NCBI GenBank assembly: GCA_035561835.1
Contig: DATMXF010000229.1
Span: 1 to 24,161 of the forward strand
Origin: Patescibacteria group bacterium
GTDB taxonomy: Bacteria; Methylomirabilota; Methylomirabilia; Methylomirabilales; Methylomirabilaceae
DNA length: 24,161 nucleotides
Direction of reading: 5' to 3'
Shown: in pieces, positions 15,497 to 22,235 of the stretch
Layout: every line of letters begins with the position of its first letter
Position numbering within the stretch: the first letter of the stretch is position 1
Made by a program: the position numbers and the translations under genes
Notes under the pieces: generated by a model
The model's database searches: none
The model's input: only the letters and a program-made list of their open reading frames with translations
What the model was told of the DNA's origin: nothing

Positions 15497-17932
15497 CTAG
15501 AAGGCCTCATCAGAAGCGGCCCAAGCCTCTCGCTCCTTCGCCTTCTCTCTGTCGTAGATCGTCCACTCGCCCTCTTCAACAACGGCAGCTTCGCGGACCA
15601 TCCGTCCAGCCCTCGACAGAATGAACCAACACAGAGGCACAACACCACCGAAGAGGAAGATCGCGCCGCCGATTGACCGAAGCCAAGTCAGCGTGTGCCA
15701 TACCTCGTTGGTGACGAACGACTGCTGGCGGCCATACCAGAACCCATACTGGAAGATGTGGGCGAGCTGATACAGACCAACCGGGAACATATCCATGAGC
15801 ATCATCATCACGATGCCGGCCTGCAGGGACCAGAAGACAGTCTTGATCAGCTTCTCATTCCAGGCAGAGCGCTGGAACAGGTGCTGGCAGGCAAACAGCA
15901 TACCGGCGATGGCGATGTTACCCTTGACGCCGAACATGGCGCCATGGGCATGGTTGTTGGTGAGATAGGTGCCGTGCTCATAGTAGTTGACGATGGGCAG
16001 GTTGATCAACGAGCCCATGACGCCGGCACCGAAGATGTTCCAGAAGTTGACGGCGAGGATGAACGTCCAGACGCCGTCCATCACGAAGCGCTGCTTGCCC
16101 TCAGAAAGGTGCTCATGGGCCTTGGTCCGCTCCGTCCGCATCTTCCAGGCATCCAGGGTGATCAACAGCAGCGGCAGCACCTGCATGGTGGAGAAGACGC
16201 TACCCAGTGCGATGATTCCTGTCGGCTTGGCGATCCAGTAGAAGTTGTGGGAGATCCCGATCAGGGCGGTCACCAGGAACATCATGACGGCCAGGAAGAT
16301 AACCCGCTCGGCCATGGCCCGGTTGACCAGACCCATCTGCACCAGCATGTACCCAACGATACAGGTAGTGAAGACCTCGAAGGTGACCTCAACCCACATA
16401 TGGATGTTCATCCACCGCCAGTAGTCGGAGATGGCGAAGTTCTGTGACGGGGTCATGAACATCCCAAAGAACAGGAACAGCACCATGATCCCGCTGCCGT
16501 AGAACAGCCAAGCCGGTACCGACCAGAGGTTCTGGCTGGTGATCCAGGGCTTGACGGCGCGGAAGATGATGTAGACCCACAGACAGAACGAGGACAGCAT
16601 CAGGATGTGCCAGAAGCGGCCCAGCTCCAGGAACTCCCAGCCCTGGCTGCCGAACCAGTAGGCCATGTCGTCGGTCAGCATACCGGTGTGGCCGGCATAA
16701 ATCCCAAACAGCGCACCGGCGCCGACGAGCACGCACAGCGCAAAGAGCAGGTTGATCAGGAACCGCTGCCCGCTTGGTACCTTCGAAATTCGGGGCAGGA
16801 AGAAGAGGGTGTAGCCGACCCAGGCCATGAAGAACCAGTAGATCTGGACGATAGCATGATAGCTTCGGACGACGCTGAAGGGGATGACGAGTCCGAACGC
16901 GCCCAAGATCGTTTCACCAGGTCCACCGCCGACGAAATCCTCGGCGCCCAGGATACCGGCCAGTACCTGCACCAGGAACAGGATGACAGCGAAGGCAAAG
17001 AACTTATAGGTGGCGCGCTGGGTCGGTCGAACGTAGGCATCGCCCTTGTTTTCAAGGTCGACCGTGGTGAGCGACCAATCGCGCCCGTTGAACGGCTCGC
17101 CGGGCAGGGACTTCATTTCGCCGTAGACGTACAGGACCAGCATGGTGCCAGCGAACAGCACGAGGATCGAGAGGAAGCTCCAGATGTACGTCGCGTACGT
17201 CGGGAGGTTGCCGGCGTCAGGATCATACGGCCAGTTATGGGTATAGCTGTAGATCTCGCCCGGTCGATTCGCGCCGGCTACCCAGCCGCCCCAGAAGAAG
17301 TAACCCGCCAATCCCTTGATGTCCTCCGGGTTGCTGATGTAGCTCTTGATCCGACCCTTCTGGAATGCCTCTTCATAGGTGGGATCGGTGAACATCTTAG
17401 TGTAATGATCGACCAATTCATTATATGCAAAGATCTGGGCGTCGTTCAGGCGGATGACGCCTGCGGCTGCGTCATAACCGTTCTGATGAATCTCTCGCTT
17501 GACCTTTCCCGCGATCCCGTCCTTCTCGTCCTGGGTTGCGGGGCGGCCCTGCTCTTTCTCGATCTGCATCTCATAGTGCTTGCCCATGGAGACGAAGGTT
17601 CGATGCAGAGCTTCTGCGGTGAAATCCGGTCCGCGCTCTGCGCCGTCACCCCAGAAGGATCCGTAGAGCATCAGACCCTTCAGATGAAACACCTGCTTTC
17701 CACGATTCATGGAATACTCAGGAATAACGACTTCCCCGCTCTTCGCCGATACGAAATTAACCAGAGGGGGAGCGCCGGCGTAGGTCCAGACGCCAAGCGC
17801 AATCAATCCGATAACGCTGATTGCAGTGACGATCAAAGCATGAAGCCACCAATACTTCTTGATGAGTAGTACTTGTGCAAATGTCCTCTCGTTCTTGCCC
17901 TTTGCCGCAGTTCCGCTGGGATTCGGACTCAT
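15497..17932 (-). CDS. nod: qNOR-family heme-copper oxidase, paralog 2 (811 aa from ATG 17932), with putative nitric oxide dismutase (Nod)-type substitutions
   Basis: I moved the start from the track's 17971 to the ATG at 17932, which has the same GGAGGTAACAATG context as paralog 1. It has the same motif set: RSYH, NIHMWVEV, NHAHGAMFG, SHNFYW (AAC at 16244-16246), SVFSTMQVLPL (CAG at 16181-16183) and AEDFVGGGPG (16916-16948). Confidence 0.9.
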   Translation of the reverse strand: MSPNPSGTAAKGKNERTFAQVLLIKKYWWLHALIVTAISVIGLIALGVWTYAGAPPLVNFVSAKSGEVVIPEYSMNRGKQVFHLKGLMLYGSFWGDGAERGPDFTAEALHRTFVSMGKHYEMQIEKEQGRPATQDEKDGIAGKVKREIHQNGYDAAAGVIRLNDAQIFAYNELVDHYTKMFTDPTYEEAFQKGRIKSYISNPEDIKGLAGYFFWGGWVAGANRPGEIYSYTHNWPYDPDAGNLPTYATYIWSFLSILVLFAGTMLVLYVYGEMKSLPGEPFNGRDWSLTTVDLENKGDAYVRPTQRATYKFFAFAVILFLVQVLAGILGAEDFVGGGPGETILGAFGLVIPFSVVRSYHAIVQIYWFFMAWVGYTLFFLPRISKVPSGQRFLINLLFALCVLVGAGALFGIYAGHTGMLTDDMAYWFGSQGWEFLELGRFWHILMLSSFCLWVYIIFRAVKPWITSQNLWSVPAWLFYGSGIMVLFLFFGMFMTPSQNFAISDYWRWMNIHMWVEVTFEVFTTCIVGYMLVQMGLVNRAMAERVIFLAVMMFLVTALIGISHNFYWIAKPTGIIALGSVFSTMQVLPLLLITLDAWKMRTERTKAHEHLSEGKQRFVMDGVWTFILAVNFWNIFGAGVMGSLINLPIVNYYEHGTYLTNNHAHGAMFGVKGNIAIAGMLFACQHLFQRSAWNEKLIKTVFWSLQAGIVMMMLMDMFPVGLYQLAHIFQYGFWYGRQQSFVTNEVWHTLTWLRSIGGAIFLFGGVVPLCWFILSRAGRMVREAAVVEEGEWTIYDREKAKEREAWAASDEAF

Positions 17933-17954
17933 TGTTACCTCCCGTGGCTCGACC

Positions 17955-18134
17955 TCATTTGAGGTGACCACCTTGCATTGTTATTACCGTGCCGTCTTGA
18001 GTTGGGATGATCCCATCCACCGGGGGCGCACGCGCTTCGCGAACAGTCCGCAGAGCGCGGGTGAGACGGCAACCGCCTGTTCGAACAGGCGGTGCCCCGC
18101 TACACTGCTTATCGATTCTCATCATACGGTCCAT
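17955..18134 (-). CDS. Candidate 59-codon upstream ORF / leader peptide of paralog 2 (low confidence)
   Basis: GAGGAGG lies 8 nt upstream of the ATG at 18134, and the stop is TGA at 17955-17957. The peptide is MDRMMRIDKQCSGAPPVRTGGCRLTRALRTVREARAPPVDGIIPTQDGTVITMQGGHLK. It shares M1, M4, I/V7-D8-K9, G13, P15, R18, G20 and E-x-RAPP with the paralog 1 uORF. Confidence 0.25.
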   Translation of the reverse strand: MDRMMRIDKQCSGAPPVRTGGCRLTRALRTVREARAPPVDGIIPTQDGTVITMQGGHLK

Positions 18135-18180
18135 GGGGAACGCCTCCTCTGCGCCAATCTTGCGATCCCCTGTAGGCTTT

Positions 18181-18290
18181 GTAAATCCTGCGAATGAATC
18201 AATCCGCGATGCATATGTACTATACTATTTACTATGCTCTGTGAGACTCGTAAATCCTGCGATTGACTCAATATGGTGATGCATATGCAC
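18181..18290. promoter_or_regulatory. Two ~40-nt direct repeats (69-nt period) upstream of paralog 2, carrying short dyads
   Basis: Repeat 1 is 18181-18220, GTAAATCCTGCGAATGAATCAATCCGCGATGCATATGTAC. Repeat 2 is 18250-18290, GTAAATCCTGCGATTGACTCAATATGGTGATGCATATGCAC. Dyads: ATTGACTCAAT (18262-18272) and TGCATATGCA (18280-18289). Confidence 0.45.
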
Positions 18291-18502
18291 CACTCGCTGA
18301 GGTCTTAGCCAAGATCCGGAGACTCGATGAGGACAAAACATATCAAACAGTGTTTATTCGGTCACGCGGTAATCCAACGATCTGGTGGTCGGTCCATGGC
18401 ATGGCGCTTACCAAAACTACGTTCTCCAGAACAGCATTATGATCCACAGAAGAACTGATCCTTACTATACTATATTTGAATGAATCGTTTCGTCCGCGCC
18501 TA

Positions 18503-19399
18503 TCACGCTGCCTTGTGGGGCTCCTTCGTAGCCCCTGGCGCCTGTCCTGCCTCCGCGTGAGCCGCAGGCTCACGCCGCGCAATCTCGTTCACGTAGGCGA
18601 CAGCCTCCAGTCGTGTGTGGACCTTGAGCTTACTGAAGATGTTCTGGATGTGGTTTCTCACTGTAGTTTTACTGATGAAAAGCTGCTCCGCGATAGCCGC
18701 CGTCGTTGCGCCGGTCCGCATCAGGGTAACAACCTGCAACTCCCGCCGAGTTAAGTCACCGACAGGAGATACGGTCTTCTCACTCGCCGTAAGCTGAGTC
18801 TGAGCCAGTTGTTGGCGAACGAGCACCTCAAGCTGGTGCGCCGAGGTGACATCACGGAAGAGATGAACAACTGTCGGGGGCTGGTTATCCTCACAGGGAA
18901 GAGCAACACAGCTCACGTCGATCCACAGCGGTTTACCCGTCCTCGTCCGAGTAGCCATCTCGAAATGCTGGATCAGATCGCCGCGGCTCAACGTCATTTT
19001 CAGTGGGCAAGGCCACTGGCAAAGCTGATTGCCATTACTATCACGGCCGTTGAAGAACTCACGGCATTGCTGTCCGACCACTTGTTGCGCAGAAGCTTCC
19101 AGGATAGTTTCAGCGGCCCGGTTGCAGAACAGAATCTCTCCAGTCGGCGCACTGACAAACACACCGTCGGCCGTCTCCGCGAAAAGCTTGAAGGCAGCTT
19201 CGCGTGGTTCCGTAGGCTGTACGCTTTCCGGCTCGCTTCGCGAATCCTTTTCCTCAACTGCAGGTGTAAGCCGATGCTCGTTTTCCTCGTCGTCTATAAG
19301 GTAGTCCACTGCCTCGCCTGTCCGGACACCGCCATCACGCCGCAGGCCTGCCCCTGGGATTCGCACCGAACGTTTCGGCCCGTTGCCTGAATGCGCCAT
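18503..19399 (-). CDS. PAS-domain / LuxR-type HTH transcriptional regulator
   Basis: The C-terminal LuxR/GerE HTH is LTRRELQVVTLMRTGATTAAIAEQLFISKTTVRNHIQNIFSKLKV. The central PAS-like segment is FKLFAETADGVFVSAPTGEILFCNRAAETIL...VVHLFRDVT. There is no receiver or kinase domain. Confidence 0.8.
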   Translation of the reverse strand: MAHSGNGPKRSVRIPGAGLRRDGGVRTGEAVDYLIDDEENEHRLTPAVEEKDSRSEPESVQPTEPREAAFKLFAETADGVFVSAPTGEILFCNRAAETILEASAQQVVGQQCREFFNGRDSNGNQLCQWPCPLKMTLSRGDLIQHFEMATRTRTGKPLWIDVSCVALPCEDNQPPTVVHLFRDVTSAHQLEVLVRQQLAQTQLTASEKTVSPVGDLTRRELQVVTLMRTGATTAAIAEQLFISKTTVRNHIQNIFSKLKVHTRLEAVAYVNEIARREPAAHAEAGQAPGATKEPHKAA

Positions 19400-19405
19400 G
19401 GATTC

Positions 19406-19434
19406 AATATAAAGTCCTCATCGCGACCTGTCAA
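19406..19434 (-). promoter_or_regulatory. Near-consensus sigma70 promoter (TTGACA-N17-TATATT) for the PAS-LuxR gene
   Basis: The -35 is the complement of 19429-19434 and the -10 is the complement of 19406-19411. The ATG (19399) begins 7 nt after the -10, and there is no SD. Confidence 0.5.
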
Positions 19435-19639
19435 GTCGAAAAAAAGGGGCACAAATCCGCACGCATCTGCAAGGCTGACCCGATGCCTGGTACACTCGAT
19501 CCGATCAGCACGGGTAAGGCGGTCAGGCTTCTGACGGGTACGGTGTCGCCGCTCCGCGCGACCGTCACCTCCGGCAAGGCATATTCCATCTTGCTTGCCG
19601 GAGGCGCAGCCGCGAGCCCCGGCAGGCTGAAGAAAACGC

Positions 19640-19668
19640 TTGACAGTCGGAGCGGGCTGTGCGATATT
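19640..19668 (+). promoter_or_regulatory. Sigma70-like promoter candidate (TTGACA-N17-GATATT) for the porin gene
   Basis: TTGACA lies at 19640-19645 and GATATT at 19663-19668. It is about 170 nt upstream of the porin start. Confidence 0.45.
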
Positions 19669-19842
19669 GACGCCCATCCTAAGGTCTAAGGCCCCACTGC
19701 AAGTCCGCACGGAGGTTAGGAAGCCCGCGTACACCAAAGAGATGGTCTCATCGCGGCGGGGTTACGTCAGCGCCCCGCATCAGCAAAGCGCTCCGAATTC
19801 GGGAGCGCCGTGGTTAACCTAAAGAGCAGAGGGAGGGGGATC

Positions 19843-21366
19843 ATGGCTCAAAGAGGGTGGTGGATTCGTGGTGTCGTTGTGGGCAGTGCCTTGCTGCTCG
19901 CCCCGGTTGGAGCGTGGGCCGACAAGCTCACGGATCTCGAGCAGGCCTTTGACGCGCAGCAGAAGTCACTGCAGCAGTTGCAGCAGGAGATGCAACGGCT
20001 GCGGCAGGAGCGGTCCGCGCAACAGGAAGATGTAACCAGGCGCGTGATGGAGGTAGAAAAGAAGGCTGCAGAGGCCGCGGCATCCAATTGGCAAGTCGGG
20101 TTTGACCCCTGGCCAGGGAAGGGGTTCTACTTGAAGTCGGCCGATGGTCAGCACCGATTGAGCATCGGCGGGTACGTGCAGACCTTGGCGCAAGTCGAGG
20201 CATCGCGAAATGAAGAGGATGTCGAGGGCGCATCAGACAAGACAGCGGCCATCAATCGGCACAGGCCCAGCACGTTGAAGCTGCACCGCGTTCGGCTCCA
20301 CTTTGACGTTCAGCTCTTCAAGGACTTTGGTCTCCACATCAACCCGGAGTTCGTCGGCCCCACTGATACCAAGGGGAGCGGACCCTCCAGCACCACACGA
20401 ATCGAGGCGGCTTTTGGTCACTACACGTATGCCCCTTGGTTGAGGGTAAAGGTGGGGCAGTTCAGGGATCAGTACGCGCTCGAGAACGGCTCGGTCCCTC
20501 AGGACCTGTACTTCGCCGCTCAGCGGTCGTTTGTCACCAGGGCGCTGTCCCCGGACCTGCAGATGGGCCTCATGCTCTTCGGCAGTTCGAAACTGATCGA
20601 CATGCTGCCCATCTCCTATAGCGTGGGTGTCTATAACGGTTGCGGCCGGGTCGATCAGTGCACCACCGACAACGACGGCGATAAGGAGTATACCGGTCGA
20701 ATCACCATTGCGCCCCCGATGCCGATCGGAAATCTCACCGTCGGTGCGAATGCCGATTTCCGTACCTTTAATAATAAGAGGGGTGGCGCTCGCGACCTTG
20801 CGACGAATCCCGTCGCCGGCACCAACTACCACCGCTTCAACCCGACCAGCGTGTTGGGCGACCTCTTTGGGGGTGACGGTAACGGCACGAGCATGAACGG
20901 CTTCCGGATCAACGGCGACCGCACCACGACCGGCGCCGACTTTGTGTATGACCTCTACCCCATTATCCTCACGGGTGAGTTCCACTATGCCTCTCAGGAG
21001 CGCGACGGAGTGGGCGCAGGCGGCTCAAATCTCGAGGACCTCCGCATGATGGGTGGCTATGGGACGATCGGCTACTGGGTCTTCGGCAACAAGCTGAAGG
21101 GCCTGCTGGTCAACGGCCGCTACGAACACCTGCGAGTCGAGGACACCAAAGGCAAATTCACCCCGGCTGCCGGCACTACAGAGGACAACTTGAGGGTGCG
21201 TGTCGGCACCATGGGCGCAACCTGGTATGTCAACCCCAATATCTTCGTGCGTGCCAACTACGTTCTTACCGACGTCACGCCGGGGCGCAACTTCTTCGGG
21301 GTGAGCAACAATACGCAAGGCGAGTTGACCCATCAGGGGATCGCCGAGGCGGTATTCAAGTTCTAA
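19843..21366 (+). CDS. Outer-membrane porin, phosphate-selective porin O/P-like, with an N-terminal coiled-coil segment
   Basis: The ATG at 19843 follows GGAGGGGG. The signal peptide is VVVGSALLLAPVGAWA. A heptad-like segment follows (LTDLEQAFDAQQKSLQQLQQEMQRLRQE). The body has a beta-strand-rich alternating pattern and a C-terminal aromatic end (AVFKF). G.YLKSADG...L.IGGY.Q is typical of the Porin_O_P N-terminus. Confidence 0.7.
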   Translation: MAQRGWWIRGVVVGSALLLAPVGAWADKLTDLEQAFDAQQKSLQQLQQEMQRLRQERSAQQEDVTRRVMEVEKKAAEAAASNWQVGFDPWPGKGFYLKSADGQHRLSIGGYVQTLAQVEASRNEEDVEGASDKTAAINRHRPSTLKLHRVRLHFDVQLFKDFGLHINPEFVGPTDTKGSGPSSTTRIEAAFGHYTYAPWLRVKVGQFRDQYALENGSVPQDLYFAAQRSFVTRALSPDLQMGLMLFGSSKLIDMLPISYSVGVYNGCGRVDQCTTDNDGDKEYTGRITIAPPMPIGNLTVGANADFRTFNNKRGGARDLATNPVAGTNYHRFNPTSVLGDLFGGDGNGTSMNGFRINGDRTTTGADFVYDLYPIILTGEFHYASQERDGVGAGGSNLEDLRMMGGYGTIGYWVFGNKLKGLLVNGRYEHLRVEDTKGKFTPAAGTTEDNLRVRVGTMGATWYVNPNIFVRANYVLTDVTPGRNFFGVSNNTQGELTHQGIAEAVFKF

Positions 21367-21390
21367 TTTAGGGATTGACGGCAGGTTCTC

Positions 21391-21443
21391 CCGAAGCTCA
21401 CCAGGTGCTTTCCCATACGAACTATGCGCCTGGTGAGCTTCGG
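21391..21443 (+). terminator. Hairpin terminator candidate after the porin gene
   Basis: CCGAAGCTCACCAGG (21391-21405) pairs with CCTGGTGAGCTTCGG (21429-21443), 15 bp perfect and extendable by 2. The T-tract is weak (TAATCTG). Confidence 0.5.
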
Positions 21444-21497
21444 TAATCTGCCAACTAACATAACAGTCTTGAATCGAATAGGGGAGGAGATCTCATC

Positions 21498-21749
21498 ATG
21501 AAGTTCATCACGTTAGCCAAGGTGAGGCCGGGTGCATGGTCCAGATTGACAAGCGAGCTTCCTGCTACCTGCTATGAGGGGATGAAGTGGGCATACGTCA
21601 CCTACGGCCAATATGATGTGGCGTTCGAATGGGAAGCAAAGGACCTGGAAACAGCGAATAAGGTGATGAAGCATATGGCCGAATCCGACCTTCTGGCATC
21701 TGAGACCTTAGTCGTCGCTTCAAACCTGAAGGAATTCGGCCAGATCTAG
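21498..21749 (+). CDS. GYD-domain small protein (83 aa)
   Basis: GGGGAGGAG lies before the ATG. YVTYGQYDVAFEWEAKDLETANKVM...ETLVV matches the G-x-YD core and length of the GYD family as I recall it. Confidence 0.55.
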   Translation: MKFITLAKVRPGAWSRLTSELPATCYEGMKWAYVTYGQYDVAFEWEAKDLETANKVMKHMAESDLLASETLVVASNLKEFGQI

Positions 21750-21951
21750 GCGCCAGCTCCAGAACTTTGAGCTCCTCCACGCCCCTAAACGCGATCCGCG
21801 CGATACACGCAATCGACGCCTTAAGATTTTGATCGCCCACTGCACCGCACCGTACCCCTTTCTTCTCGATACCGAACGTATCGACCGGCCTCTTACGTCT
21901 TTCTGCAAGCTCCCAGAGCGTTGGACTGTCCTAAAACTGTAGAAGTTAGGC

Positions 21952-21980
21952 TTGACAAACTTGTGGGAGCGCTTTATTCT
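21952..21980 (+). promoter_or_regulatory. Sigma70-like promoter candidate (TTGACA-N17-TATTCT) about 255 nt upstream of ftsH
   Basis: TTGACA lies at 21952-21957 and TATTCT at 21975-21980. Confidence 0.4.
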
Positions 21981-22235
21981 GGCTACGTGGAGCGTAGTTC
22001 CTATAGGCAGATAATCGCCGGGAGTAAATCAGAGAGGTCGTAGAGTGTGGCCCTCTTGTCAGCTTCCGAATCAGAACGTGGATATACCGATGAGAAAGAA
22101 ACGGCGGGCTGGTCAGTGGGCTGGGATTAGTATGAGAGACTTTCAGCCACAAAGGTGTTATCCCTCTTGTATCACGTCCCGGATGTGTGATACGCGGTTT
22201 CGGTACGTCCGGATAACACAAAGGAGGTTATTGCC

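Noticed and set aside
12275-17932. Annotating the two large oxidases simply as canonical quinol-dependent nitric oxide reductases (norZ/qNOR).
   Set aside because: Both copies lack the quinol-site His/Glu context, have Asn replacing one FeB His, and have Gln replacing the conserved Glu. A plain qNOR call would ignore substitutions that are directly visible in the sequence.
17933-17971. A 13-codon N-terminal extension of paralog 2 given by the ORF track (MVTSNEVEPREVT).
   Set aside because: The ATG at 17932 has exactly the SD/start context of paralog 1 (GGAGGTAACAATG). The extension has no SD and would overlap the candidate uORF stop.
19294-19822. ORFs 19294-19737 (minus), 19483-19689 (plus) and 19640-19822 (plus) in the regulator/porin divergent region.
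   Set aside because: They have no SDs and Arg/Gly/Ala-rich translations typical of out-of-frame GC-rich DNA. The region contains two good divergent promoters instead.
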